DNA of 64,000 nucleotides, taken from Podarcis pityusensis. Lineage: Eukaryota. Both the position numbers and the translations under genes were made by a program. The notes under the pieces were generated by a model. The model was given only the letters and a program-made list of their open reading frames with translations. It was not told the DNA's origin and did no database searches. Of the stretch, positions 25,483 through 39,000 are shown in pieces (position 1 is the first letter of the stretch; every line of letters starts with the position of its first letter). The DNA lies in NCBI GenBank assembly GCA_964106645.2, contig OZ067044.1, one strand, 5' to 3'.

Positions 25483-25627
25483 GTGTCTTTTTTTATCCCT
25501 GACTGTGGAGCAGTCCCAGAAGCACTAAAAAATACAGTTGCAGATGTTGGGCAGTACTACTTGGTGAAGAATTTGTCACTTCATGAGTTAGTTACGCAGG
25601 AATTTATTAACACATTTGTGAAGAAAG
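25483..25627 (+). CDS. RPP40: RPP40 coding exon 2
   Basis: ag|VSFFIPDCGAVPEALKNTVADVGQYYLVKNLSLHELVTQEFINTFVKK G|gtaaga, 145 nt. Confidence 0.93.
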
Positions 25628-25991
25628 GTAAGAAACCATTGAAATAAATAAGCAAGCATGACTGAAATTCTGTTTCGTAAAGGTGGAATGTAATTAATTT
25701 AAGGAAAATCTTTGGCTCCTGAAGGATTTTTGAAGAGAAGCACCTTAGAAAAATTGGGTGTTATTGTTTGTTTTTGCTTTTTCGCATTTCATTCAGTTGT
25801 AACAGCCTCGGAATACTTTGGCTCTAATATTGTGTCCAATATAACGGTTCTGAGGGTTTTGAGTGCACTGGTGCCTTGTCTTCTGGCTGCAGGAGTTGTT
25901 TGTTTGTTTGGTTTTTTGCTGCAGTAGATGTTGAAAGCTAGGTGTTGTAGTCCTTGATTGCAGTATTTTCTTGTGATGTTAATAGAAGTAA

Positions 25992-26365
25992 AGGTAAAAG
26001 GTAAAGGACTCCTGGACAGTTAAGTCTGATCAAAGGTGAATATGGGGTGTGGCGCTCATCTCACTTTTAGGCCAACAGACAGCTTTCCAGGTCATGTGGC
26101 CAGCATGACTAAACTGCTTCTGGTGCAGTGGGACATGGTGACGAGTGCCAGAGTGCACGGAAACACCCTTTACCTTCCTGCCACAGCAGGATCTATCTAC
26201 TTGCACTGGTGTGCTTTCGAATTGCTAGGTTTGCAGAAGCTGGGATAGAGCAACGGGATCGAGCAACCCCATCACACAGATTCAAACTGCTGACCTTCCA
26301 TTCAGCAAGCCCAAGAGGCTCAGTGGTTTAGACCACAGCGCCACCCATGTCCCTTTACCTTTACA
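25992..26365 (-). mobile_element. Sauria SINE, diverged
   Basis: Matches the family; TSD TAGAAGTAA at 25983-25991 and 26373-26381. Confidence 0.85.
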
Positions 26366-26530
26366 TTTTTACTAGAAGTAACATCACAACAAGTAGAAGT
26401 GGCATTCCCAGATTAGTTTAACTATTGCAGTTTCTTTGAAGAACATGATATTAGTTTTTGTTTGTTTGTTTTTATTATAACGACTTTTAAAAAAGAAGCA
26501 ATTAAACTCTGAAGTCTTTCTGTGTTTTAG

Positions 26531-26599
26531 GTTCATGTTATGCTCTTACGTATAAAACAAGGATTGACCAAGACAATACAGCTGCTCTGCTACCAACAG
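26531..26599 (+). CDS. RPP40: RPP40 coding exon 3
   Basis: ttttag|(G)SCYALTYKTRIDQDNTAALLPT G|gtatga, 69 nt. Confidence 0.93.
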
Positions 26600-26702
26600 G
26601 TATGATATCATGCTGAAAACAAATAGATTTAGCGTTTTTCAAATTTTATAGTACTAAAAAGTATCCTTCAGTTCAGTTAGACTAGTTAGTGGTCTATAGA
26701 AG

Positions 26703-26703
<1 letters not shown>

Positions 26704-26741
<38 letters not shown>
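26704..26741. repeat. (TG)n microsatellite
   Basis: About 19 perfect TG units. Confidence 0.95.
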
Positions 26742-26744
<3 letters not shown>

Positions 26745-27241
26745 ACAGAAGAGAGAGGGGGATGTAATTCATATACTCACCTGGCCCAAAGATCATGTTT
26801 TTAGGTAGAAAATCTAGTGTGCATGTTTGTACTTCTCAACACACATATAAGAAAATGTGCAACTAAGGTATTCCAGGCCTAGTCTTGATTCGCGTTGCCT
26901 TTTATTTTCTTTTTGAGTATTAAGGGTTGTAAGATTCAGGCCTCAAAGCATATAGACCTATGTCTACAGCCTTCACATCATATTGTATGCCAGTACACAT
27001 AGGCAATCCTTAGCCAGGTAAGTGTATGAACCACTCCACAGAATGTGTATACGTAACAAGCTGCTTTCCAAAATAGAGTAGAAAATGAGAATCAATGTAG
27101 TTGATCCCTGTTATCTTCTGGTAATAACTGTTCACAATTTTAATTCAGCGTTATTAGTTCATTTTGTGTTTGTGTTTTTACTTTGTAGTATGTATTAAGA
27201 AGTTAGAAAATATGGTTACTTGCAATTATTTTTGTTTATAG

Positions 27242-27337
27242 GCAAATTAATTATATCAGTAGACAAGGATACTTATGAAGAGCTTGGACTGCAAGGCCGT
27301 CCTTCTCTGTATTCTGGTAAAAAGCCGATGAGATACA
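27242..27337 (+). CDS. RPP40: RPP40 coding exon 4
   Basis: tatag|(G)KLIISVDKDTYEELGLQGRPSLYSGKKPMRY|gtaagt, 96 nt. Confidence 0.93.
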
Positions 27338-28364
27338 GTAAGTACCTATTTATTAGATAACACCTCAGTTCTTGGCTTTCTTATGAATATAGGACATCAC
27401 ACCCTCAGCTTTTGAGGTTTGGAATTTGAATTGGATTCTGCTTGAATAAACAGATTTGCCCCCTACAGATCAATTTTCCTGATCAAGCAAGGGAAATACT
27501 TAAATAAGTAGTTCTCAACACATGTAGCTTGTGCAGATGCATGTGCCTACTTCAATGTGCATCCCTATTTATATCATAATACTCAACTCATTGGACAGCC
27601 CTCCTAGTGATGCAGCAATAAAATTGCTAGCTCATTTGCAAAGCTAGGCAGGATCCGGTAGGGTTTCAAGTTGGATGGAAGACCACGTATTGTGTGTGCT
27701 GCATTGCAGAGTGTTGGACTAGATGACCCTCGGGGTCCCTTCCAACTCTACAGTTCTATGAGTCTATGGCTCAGTCTGCCTTTTGATACAGACTAGGATA
27801 CTTATGCCCATCTTGGGTCAATAAACGTGTAGAACTAGAGATGAGTTGAGGTCAGTATTCATTACCAGCTTGTTTCACAGTGCTTTAATGGCATGTACAA
27901 TCTGAGATCGATATATATCACAGGGCACATGCTCCTATTCAAACTCCTCAGTCTCACAAAATGTGCTAGTGAGGCCTTGTTGTAGAACCCTTCCTCTAGG
28001 GAGGTAATGTTATTCTCTCCTAGGAGCAGGACTTTTTGTGTGTGGCTCCTGTGGAATGCTCTTCCTGAGGAAGTTTGCATGTCTCCTGGTCTCATTTTGT
28101 AGTCAGGTGAAAATACCTTCATTCCATCAGGCATTTGGGGATTAGTGAAGATTCTGAATGTTTTCTTATGGAATCTTTTTTGTTTTCTGTTGAAAGGTGG
28201 TCTATAAATACTGTAAATAATGAATACCTGGTGTATAGTCATTAATGTTTTTTATCGCAATGTTTAGCTTCTTTTTAGAAAGAGTACCTGCTTAGTTATC
28301 CAGGTAGCATAAGATCTACTGATACTATGTTCACATCAAAATTTATGCTTTCTTCTTTTAATAG

Positions 28365-28490
28365 TTATTACTGTTGACTTGACTGATTCAACCTTCAGTC
28401 CTGATAGTAAGAAATACAACAGAGTGATTTGGGCCTTGAAGGAAAAAATGCCACTAGAGTTTGATTTCTTGATGGCTTGGCACCAAACAG
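28365..28490 (+). CDS. RPP40: RPP40 coding exon 5
   Basis: atag|(I)ITVDLTDSTFSPDSKKYNRVIWALKEKMPLEFDFLMAWHQT G|gtaaca, 126 nt. Confidence 0.93.
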
Positions 28491-29369
28491 GTAACAGCAC
28501 GTTAACCATAAAAGGGAATGGTGGAAGACATACATTATATATACCATTCTATTTTGAAGGCTGATCCTGGTGTTTTTACATGTGACCGATAGGTGTCTAT
28601 ACACATTTAAGGTGCAAGAAAATGTAATATAGGAAGGGTAATCGGTCTGTCAGGAGAGCCCCTTGTTTGGCAAGACTGCAGACCTTAGTTTGGGAAGTGC
28701 ATGTCTTTTCTAAGTAATAGGGTTTCTTTTATGCAATAGGCTGGAATGCTTAGGCATCGAAAGTAGAACTAAATTTGTGGGAGATGATAGTACATATTAG
28801 ACACCAAAAACAATGGATTTTTTGGTTTTGGAGAAATCAGTAAATGAGGGAGTACATATATAAATATTTTAAATGTACAAAATAATAATAAGAAGAAGAA
28901 GCAGCAGCATTATTATACAAATAATCCTTAAACATTGTGTGGATGGGATAAGGAGTGTATTAGAATTATGACCTTGTGCACTTCCTAATTTGCAATTATT
29001 CTTCCTGTATTCTTGCATTTTTCCAATAATTTCATTTTTCAGTTTAAACCTCTAATAATGTTGATCACGCAAATTCCAGCAAAGTGGCACAGTCTGGTTG
29101 CTCTCCTAAGTGCTAAATGGATCTGAAAGTACACTTTTTATCCTAAAAGGAATGTGACAACTTGTGGGATTAAGAGGAGGAGGTTGGAAATCTTAGGCTC
29201 TGGCATGGCATAGATAAACAATAGATTTAATTTCGACACTGTATTTCACTAAATCTATCTTTCCAAATTGCATACAATCATAAAAGAGTTTGAATAGTGT
29301 GGAAAAAAATGCTCCTTTTAAAGTCTGTTTCTTTTTTTTAACTTTTGGGGTGTGTTGTTTGCATTCAAG

Positions 29370-29568
29370 GATCAGAAGAATCAAGTTTGATGTCATACTT
29401 TTCCAAAAACCAAATACAGGCCCTTCAGCCAAAAATAACATTCAGCACATTAAGAAATGTGCAGTGTCCAGTTCTGGAGAGCAATAAATTGGAAGGAGAG
29501 CCAGAAACAGCATGCAGTGCTCAGGAATTATTTGAATGGCTAGGTGCCATTTTCACTCACACTGACTT
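29370..29568 (+). CDS. RPP40: RPP40 coding exon 6
   Basis: caag|(G)SEESSLMSYFSKNQIQ...CSAQELFEWLGAIFTHTDL|gtaagt, 199 nt. Confidence 0.92.
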
Positions 29569-30268
29569 GTAAGTATCTGTTGCTTGTTGTAAGTATCCAA
29601 CTATTTTTCTTCAAAAGAACCCCAATTGGCTTAACATCAAATTATACACACACACACACACTCACGAGTATTAAAAATAGTAGGAAAAACATCACTATAA
29701 AATGGCAAAACCCATCATATTTTCAAAATGAAAGGAGCAGCCAAGCAAAAGGAGGAGTATCCACAACACAAGACATCCACTTTCAGACATCTGTTGAAGT
29801 CCTTTTTCTGCCGACAGAGCCAAGCCCCTGCTTAAACTTCCCAGCCTTTTTAATGATTATTTTCTATTGTTTTTATTGTCTTTTGTGTTTTATTATGCTT
29901 GTATAAATTGTTGTACACTGCCTCGATATTTTAAGTGATTTGGTGGTATATAAATATTTTTATAAATTAAAGTTGTTTAGACACTGTAGTACATAATGTC
30001 ATTTGGATAGTTATTATCATATCTGGGTTATTAAAAAGTAAGCTGAATTTTTCTGCTGAACATCACTGTTGTCCACAGATCTCAAAGGGCACAATCTACT
30101 GACACAATGGGAATTGTACAGGAGAATTTACTAAATGGATTTTGTCCAGTGAAAGGGGAAATTATTCAGCTCTTGGTGATTTAGCTGTATGGTGCACTAG
30201 CAGAACAATTATTTAGCAGTTGGAATGTTAAAATATTAAAAGAGTCTTGCATATCTTCTTTTTTGCAG

Positions 30269-30403
30269 AGAAAATACATCTTCTAGTTTCTTATCAACAT
30301 ATTCATGTCCTCAACCGAGCACAACAGTAGAACAAGCTTTGTTGTGTACAATAACCGGCTTTATACTTCCAGAGAAGATAATTCATTTGTTTGAACAAAT
30401 ATG
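30269..30403 (+). CDS. RPP40: RPP40 coding exon 7
   Basis: tttgcag|ENTSSSFLSTYSCPQPSTTVEQALLCTITGFILPEKIIHLFEQI|gtaagc, 135 nt. Confidence 0.93.
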
Positions 30404-30879
30404 GTAAGCAGTTAGCTATACAATCTGTCCTATTTAGCATGTTATAACTACACCTGGAGTTGATCAAATTGAGCCCTAAACACACAACAACATAAATACC
30501 ACTGAACTGATTTCTGAATATACATGCATTGGGTTGCACTGCATGTGTGTTCATGCAAAACTGAACAGAGTATTATATTTGTTTCAGTGTTTTTCCAATC
30601 ATTTGATTCACAGCCAATTTCAGGGAGGGGGTGCAGGGGGAAGCCCTGTTACACAAGCAGAAGTCCTTGTGCAGGGTTTCTACTGATGGTGCTGGTTAGG
30701 TGAATCCCTCCCTGTGTGTTTATTTGAACAATCTTATGTACATACTCTTTATCAATAAGACTTATTTCTCTGTATATATCCATAGGACCAAGCTGTTTGC
30801 TTGAACAGCTATGATCTAACTTCTATTGCAAAGCTTAATATAATTTATAGTTTTGCTTCTCTTTTCCTACCCACAACAG

Positions 30880-31075
30880 TTCCTATTTTGAAGAACCAAA
30901 GTTGGCTCACTGGATATCTCTCATTGTTCATGGCTTTGCTGACAGCCCTGTTTCCTGGAAAGAAAGTGAACATGGTTTCCTAAAAGGCGGGGAGAATTTA
31001 TACAACTTCGTAATTTTTAGGAGCTTGGACTACTGGCTTCAAATGGCAGTTGGAGCATATGATGATTGTCCTTAA
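30880..31075 (+). CDS. RPP40: RPP40 coding exon 8 (terminal)
   Basis: acag|SYFEEPKLAHWISLIVHGFADSPVSWKESEHGFLKGGENLYNFVIFRSLDYWLQMAVGAYDDCP*, TAA at 31073-31075. Confidence 0.93.
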
Positions 31076-31381
31076 ATAATGACTACTGAAGGCATTCAAA
31101 GGTGTTGCATTATTAAATAGACATTTTTGTAAAATTATATTAAAAAAGTACCCTTTAAAAGGGTAGGTTATCTGGCTTGAAATCAAACACAAAGGTGAAA
31201 TGATTTTCATCTTAATTATTTTCTTTTTAAAATTAGTTGTATATTTAAGTGTGTGTGTGTTTGTAGGGGTTTAAAAAATATAGTTAACGTTTGAGCTTTA
31301 AATTTGCAGCCATAAAAAATGTTGTGGAACATGTTGGTTTGAAGTTGGTTTAAAATCCTGGTATAAAAATAATGATATGTA

Positions 31382-31387
31382 AATAAA
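31382..31387 (+). terminator. candidate RPP40 polyadenylation signal
   Basis: First AATAAA after the stop; alternatives at about 31678 and 31782. Confidence 0.5.
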
Positions 31388-34300
31388 AACATTTATTCTA
31401 CCTTTTGGAGAAAAATGTTTTGAATTTACGTAAGAAGTTGCAGAAGCAACAATTACTAGACTTTGCTCTTACCAAGGTGGCAGCTAGTAGGAAGGATTGT
31501 ACCAGTTCTTAGAGCCAGCATATCGGTACAACTAGAACCCTTGCCTTATCAGAGACACCCATATCAATTCCTTTTCCTAGCCCCTTGTGCTGTGCTGTCT
31601 TTTTTATTGGGCTGTGTGTGTGTGAATCTGTGCGTGTGAATTCTAATTACAACACAATACCATTGGAAATTACTAAGAATAAAATGACATTTATATAATG
31701 GGAGGCTACTTTGCAACGTGTCTGCTGCTTGTATCATGGGAACCATTTTTATAATTTCCCGTGATCCAATGAAATGACTGCAATAAAACACAGCTGAACT
31801 TACTGGATGAAGAATTGCGAGTTTACCAGCAACTGTGATAGTTGGGTGGAGATCTGGTAAACAGCATTACTACTATAATGGAAATGGTTGCTAGGACAAG
31901 ATCTTGTATGGTGGCATCTGACACTCTGACGGTAAGCTCCTGGGAGTAGAAAGGTAAAGCTGAGTCTTACTTTCTAGGTTTACCAAATTGTGACCTATTC
32001 CCAGTGCCTCTTGTTATAATAATTTCAGGACAGCAAGATTTTCAGGTGCCTCAAGTCCCTATTCAATCTTGCGCCATCTTGTCTGTTAGGAAGCAGAACT
32101 AGAGTCCTTTAATTTAATAATTACAGGTTCCTTTTATATCATAGCTCTTACAAGGTGATCATAAAATGTTAAATACATTTAAAACATGATATTCTAGACA
32201 TTAACTTCCGAACAGTGGCATGCTGCACCAGTAGAGTTGGGTTCTCCCAGAATATTGCATTGCTGTTCTTGAGCTTTGACTCAACAGGTTAGAATCTGGC
32301 AACTTCCATGGCATTTCACAGCATACTCAGAAGCAAATACTGAATTGGGTGGAGAACATGCAGACTGAATAGTTGGAAAGTGATTTACCTTCGACATGAC
32401 AACTTGCAAATTACTTCAACCATTACTTCAACCATATAAAGTAAAATAAATAGGACAAATGCAACAAACTATAGTAGATAAACTCACTGTAGCATAATAA
32501 GTTGAGCCTGTTAAGATCAAAGCAACTGCAGTTGCCTTAAAGACAGCCTTTTCTCTAATTGCTGTGCTGAGATCTTGGTCCTTGCTTGTCAGTAAAGTTC
32601 AGAGCCAGACAGGAAGGAAGTGAGCTCAGTTGTGGAAAGGAGTGGGTGTAATATACTTAATGAAAACCTTTCAAGAATGGAAATCTAGACCAGGGAGATT
32701 GTGACCTTATCCAATTTGTTAGACATGAATTCAGCAAAAAATAATTTTACTCTGCATTTTGCAACAGATTACAGAAGCAAAATATTAGGACCAGAAATTA
32801 TTACAACATCTCTTGGCATTGTTAAAACAAGTTGCGGGGGGGGGGGGGGGCTCATGATGCTATATACAGGCAATCCTAGGAGCATCGTTGCTCTGTAAAT
32901 ACTCGTATTATTATTTTTGGCAGAGGAGAGCATGTTTTGGAAATCCTTGCTTGACATTATTTTGTTTGTTTTAAACATTATTAACCAGAGTATTTTTTTA
33001 GTTGGCATATTGACCTTTCAGACAGTCTGAGCTTCAGCTTTGAGCTAGGCTGAGCATGTAACATTATACAGCAATAAGATTCAGGTGCATGCACCCTCTC
33101 ATGTCACATATAAAATCTTCAGTTTGAATCAGAACCTCTTCCCATGTTCATTATTGGATGAAGAGGCGATAGTCCCACTTGTGCCATTTGTCCACTCCTT
33201 TATTTCCTAGCAAGAGCATTGCGAACAGTGTCTGTGTGCAAATGCAGATGGAGTTAACATGAAAAGATGCAATGAATGGGAAGAGGTGGGATATATCTGC
33301 TGAAGATTTGCTTCCACATACAGATATCTGTGAACTGGCCTTTTACTACATGCACCCAACATGCTTGTTTTGCTATTCACAAATGTATGAAAATATGCTA
33401 TTAATTTCTTATAGCAACTTTTTTGGTCATATTAAAAAACAACAACCCCAAAACTCCAGAGTTTTATTTATTTTAAAATCTCATATTCTTACGTTATGGA
33501 TATGCATGGAGAAACAATCAGACGGTCCTCTGCCCTATCTACTCCAAATCTAGACAGTTTGTCACCATATCAGTTCAGCTGTAATCGGTAGCAGATAAAC
33601 AACCATACTTTTCCATCTCCCAGCTTAAATATCAAGAGTGGGGACTTAGAAGGCTGTGCTTAGGTAGCTTAAATATTATTGTAATAGGGATTCAGAGGTG
33701 TTCTCTAGCTTCCACCTAGAGTAGGAATAATGTCTTATAAAATAACCTGAGCTCTTATTTTAGAATAAAAACAGTTGTTTACTCCTAGAGCCTCCAGCTA
33801 CAGCTGGCCATCTTAACAATAGCAAGCATTCTGCTGAACACAGTGCTCCTGGGAAGCAGGAAGCAAATTGTAGCATTCTGCGCTCTCCAGTACTGTTTGC
33901 ATGCACTTTACAACATTTTTTAAAAAAGAATATTTATCATCTGATACAATCAGTTATTAATTTTCATTTACCCCTTTAGATTATAATGCCTTAATTACTA
34001 TATATTCTCTAACGGCATATTGATTGAGTTAGCATTTAGGGCCACTTCATGCATCAGATTTTTTCCTAGGACGCATGTGGTGAAAAAGCTATGTGAGAAT
34101 GTGTTCTTGGTAAAATGTACTGTCAGTTTAAATGACAGCAGTGTAGGATATGGTCTTTTGTGAAGTGGTCCTAACAAGAAAGTGCATTTAGGAACCAATT
34201 CTTATTCCAGTCAGCTTTCACAAAAGCTTGCAATTTTCAAATTAATATTCCGATATAGAGCATCAAATGGGGTACTGTGGAGTCCATGACATGGACATGC

Positions 34301-34771
34301 AGCCTGTATATAGTTCTATCCCACCAAGATTTACTACATGTTTACACCAAGCTGACACTACAGAACAAGCCCATATACACATGCAATTACAGGCACTTCT
34401 TTAAGAGGTGGCGTTCTTACACACACCCTTCCCATTTGCTGTGGTAGGATAGGGTGTGCAGACTTTCCATGAATGCAGTTCCAGTTCTGTTCTTAGAAGT
34501 TTGGTATTCCTGGAACTGTCATGGAGCAATCTGATGAGAAAAAAAGCATTTGTGTATCTCTCTAGTCTCTGCCTACCTGTACAGCAGGATTATGTAGAAT
34601 AGATAGTGACTGATGAGAGAAAAGTATGCCTATCAGGTCCAGTTGAAATGTTACAATAGACACAAAAATATATAATTAATTCAATTTTCACTATTATTAA
34701 TTTAATTTATATACTGCCCTTTATCTGAAGATCCCAGGGCAGAATACCATATTAAAAGCATAATTTACATA

Positions 34772-34830
34772 TATCGCAATATTTTTTGTTGCTATGGCCG
34801 ATGGCTGATGCAAATAAAGTTCCATTCATT
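34772..34830 (+). mobile_element. 59-bp extremely truncated retroposon 3' end
   Basis: 13-bp TSD CATAATTTACATA at 34759-34771 and 34831-34843; internal AATAAA then a (CATT)n tail. Confidence 0.7.
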
Positions 34831-34949
34831 CATAATTTACATAGTGTAATGATAGAAGACAATAAAACAGTCACAGAAAAAAATTATCGTTAACAGCCAC
34901 TCCACACAAACTTAAAAAACCATAGGTAGTTTGGTTGAACCATAGGTAG

Positions 34950-35508
34950 GTTATCTCCCGCTTGGATTACTGCAATGCGCTCTACGTGGGGCTACCTTTG
35001 AAGGTGACCCGGAAACTACAACTAATCCAGAACGCGGCAGCTAGACTGGTGACTGGGAGCGGCCGCAGAGACCACATAACACCGGTCTTGAAAGACCTAC
35101 ATTGGCTCCCAGTACGTTTCCGAGCACAATTCAAAGTGTTGGTGCTGACCTTTAAAGCCCTAAACGGCCTCGGCCCAGTATACCTGAAGGAGCGTCTCCA
35201 CCCCCATCGTCCAGCCCAGACACTGAGGTCCAGCACTGAGGGCCTTCTGGCGGTTCCCTCACTGCGAGAAGCCAAGTTACAGGGAACCAGGCAGAGGGCC
35301 TTCTCGGTAGTGGCGCCTTCCCTGTGGAACACCCTCCCACCAGATGTCAAAGAGAACAACAACTACCAGGCTTTTAGAAGACATCTGAAGGCAGCCCTGT
35401 TTCGGGAAGCTTTTAATGTTTGATGTATTATAGTATTTTAATATTCTTTTGGAAGCCGCCCAGAGTGGCCGGGGAAGCCCAGCCAGATGGGCGGGGTATA
35501 AATAATAA

Positions 35509-35547
<39 letters not shown>
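34950..35547 (+). mobile_element. young 5'-truncated L2 LINE (ORF2 C-terminus, 3'UTR, (TTA)n tail)
   Basis: Open frame LDYCNALYVGLP..KLQLIQNAAARLVT..HITPVLKDLHWLPV..RAFSVVAPSLWN, typical L2 ORF2; CpGs retained. Confidence 0.92.
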
Positions 35548-36000
35548 GATGGCTAAAAGCCTGGGTAAAGAGGAATGCTTTCCCCTGGCGCCTAAAGACA
35601 TGTAATATTGGCTCCAGGAGAGCCTTTCTGGGAAGAGCATTCCGGTGCCACCACAGAAAAGGCCTGTTCTAGTGTTGTCACCCTCTGAACCTCTTGGAGC
35701 AGGAATGCAGAGAAGAGCCTTGGATGACAAGCGCAGGGTCCGGCTCAGTTTGAATGGGGAGAGGTGGTCCTTAAGGTATTTAGGTCCTGAGCCATGTAAG
35801 GCTTTATAGGTCAGCACCAGCACTTTGAATTGGGCTTGGAAACTCATTGGCAGCTAGTGTCGGGCCAGGATCAGTGTTATAGACGCAACAGGTCTTGCCC
35901 CAGTGAGCAACCTGGCTGTCAAATTTTACACCATCTGAAGTTTTTGAACCATCTTCCGAGACAGCCCCACATAAATTGCATTGCAGTACTCTATGCAAGA
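35548..36000 (-). mobile_element. older antisense L2 fragment (its 3' part continues at about 34690-34930)
   Basis: FQAQFKVLVLTYKALHGSGPKYLKDHL on the minus strand, with frameshifts. Confidence 0.8.
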
Positions 36001-39000
36001 AACCATGGATGACATCATGTTTAAAACCGGTTGCCTAAGTGTACAGTGTTAACACATGACCATGACATACCCCCCACACCATAGATCCATGATTTGCTAA
36101 TGCTTACATATTTATATGCTAGCAATTTGTTTCAGATGTGATGCTGTCTATGCGTATCCCTGCATGGATCATGTTTCATTTATTTTATGTGCCCAATGTC
36201 ACATTTGAATTGCTGCATAATTATTTTTGCCTTTTTTTCTGGGTGGTGATACAAAATAAGTCACACTAAAAATATTCAGGAAGGAAGACAGCATAGACAG
36301 GTGGAGCTGAACACATTTCTGGCAGAGCTCCACAGAAGGCAGTGGAGCTCTACAAGATTGGAATTTGCTCCATTTTAATCTTCACAGCTGTTTGCTGTCT
36401 CTCTTGAGGGGGAAAACACACACCGCACATCCATAAAAAAATATTAAATCCCCCCCAAACTAAGAAAGTTGCCAGCAAAGTAAATGTTTACACCTTTTCT
36501 TCATATTTATGGAGATTTAATCCAAATCATTCCACTGCACATTTTTAAAAAGTTTTATTTAAACAGGAGAGGTAGAACTAAAGGACAAAAAGAAATACAC
36601 AGAATAGGATTACTGTAAACATGTTAAAGCAGCTTGGCTTTTACTGAGAAGATGTACACCTCTCAATATAAGTCCACTTACACGTTCTTTTGGATCGCCA
36701 TTAGAAAATGAAACCATTCACTTAAGAAAAACTGATGCTAGCTTAAATTGCTCAATCCTCGTAATAGTGACAGTAGCCTTATCTAGTGAGCTCAACCAAT
36801 TTATGTTTTAAAATAGCCGTAAGACAACCTTATAGAATCTATAGCAGATCTGTGAGCGACTATGTAAATAAACAGAAGAGATACTGAGTGCTTAACCTAA
36901 GGGAGGCTTAAATTGAAAAAGGCTCAAGGCATGTGGATCTGAAAGCATTTTGGGGGATTTAAATTATGGATTAGATACATAACATCATACTTCTGAAAGC
37001 CTCATCATGGTCTGAAACACTGCTTTATGTCTTCTGAACACAATGCCAACTGTGCACTGAATCTGGCACCTGCTGTTGTAATTAGCTTTTCTGAAATGGT
37101 TTGTAACACGCTCTGGCCAAAGGCTTCTCTCTCCTTCCTTCCCCCTCTCCACCCCCTCCTGGGCTGCTGTGGTGGCAAAACCCAACACTCTTCCTTTTGC
37201 AGTTTTCCATCTATTGATCCTTTTCTACTAACTGTCAGCAACATAAGACAATATTTTCAGGTGATGAAACCCAATTTTGGTCTATTAAAAAAGAGCCAAG
37301 AAGGCTTTCTACAAGCAATAAGAGTCAACAGAAGTGAATAGTGGGTACTAAATTAAACGAAAGAAGAAGCTTCTGAAATAAAAAATTGAAGCACTGTCAA
37401 AATATAGCCTTTGATATGAAACTGAATTGGCTGGAGCTCAATCATCTGTGTAGGTAGTTTGGAGATGAATTGCATATATCTATGCATTTTTTCCAAGTAG
37501 AAAGTTGACTTTGTAATTCTCCAAAGCAGAAGAATCCAATAGTTTAGGTTCATATTTGTTTCATTTTGAACTGGAAAGGCCATCCAGATATTTCCAGTGC
37601 AATGTGCTTATGTAGAATAAGTGTTGTGACCTAACAATTTTTGCTGAAAGGCAAACAGCCATAAACCTTTAAAAAAATGTGTTTTAGAGAAATAATGCAT
37701 GAACCAACGCACTGTGCCGTTAGTAACATAATGCTTAGTATACTATTGCTCCAATTTAGCAATAGAGAACTTGCAACATTGTTTGGAGAGTTCATGAGAA
37801 TTCTCATTCAGATGTAGAGGGACTTTGTGATATTCATCTGGGCTTGATTAATACAGCCAGTGAAAGTGGACATCATCATTTGGGTCCAATTGGAAACAAC
37901 AAAGTTAAGCTACACCAGGATCAAGCCTTGTATAGGCGACAGTAGAGATGTGTTAGGGAGTAACTGGGTATTATGATGAATACAGATATGTTTTAGTTGC
38001 TTGGTTTAGGATCCTGCAACACTTTTTCATATCTTCATAAGCTTAAGTCCTGGCTGCTGTAGGTAAATTCAAATCAGGTGACAATAGCCAATTGAAAAGA
38101 TCTTTTCGTTGTGCACTGAAGCAGTCATTTGTAGCTTCCTGACATACATATTGTCAAACTTTATCAATCCTTCTGTCCACCCCCCCCCCCCGAATTTTCT
38201 AGCAACTGCAAAGGGGTGACAAAGTTGGGCTTAGCATTCACCAAGGCATTAAATTGCTACCGTATGACTCTTCTGAATCTACTTTGTAATGTACCTTCAT
38301 GGGGCTGATCTAGAAGACTGTTGATAGAATTGATACCTCCTTCCCTAGGGTGATCTGATGAGTACATATTACACCAACAAGTTGGCACTGATTTACTAGA
38401 GATCTGGGGGGGGGGGGGGGCGGAGGGAGAGAGAGAGAAAGAATGGAAACTGCTGTTTTTTGACATGCTTTAAAGCCTACCTTGCACACAGCCCAGAATT
38501 TATTGTTGCCATTAAGTGCCATCATGATATTCTAAGAACAGTGTGTGTCTTCAGGCAATTTTAGCTCTTAAAATAAATACATTATCAGTTGCCACAACTC
38601 AATGGCTTGCTAGGGTCTTGCATCTTCTGAAAGAACACAAGACCTTTCATATGAGGTGTTTTAATTCTGTGGTTTTTTTAATTCACTATATATTTTGGAA
38701 AGTTGTTTGCCTCCTCTCTGTGCATTAACCAAATTTTTCATGATGGTTCCTGAGATCAAGGAGTGGGCTTTCTTCTGTTTGGATACAGTTGGACACCATT
38801 TTGAATCAATATGGCAAACTAGACCTTTCAAAACCACTGATTTTCCCTACTGATTTCAAAACTCCACTGATTTTTTTATTTTTTGGGGGGTGGGTTCTTA
38901 GAATTCCCAAGCAATAGCAGGTATGAGGCTGCTAGATCACAATATTTTATCTTATAAAAATATGCAGTCCACATTGGGGATGCTCAAGCTATGTAGTTAA

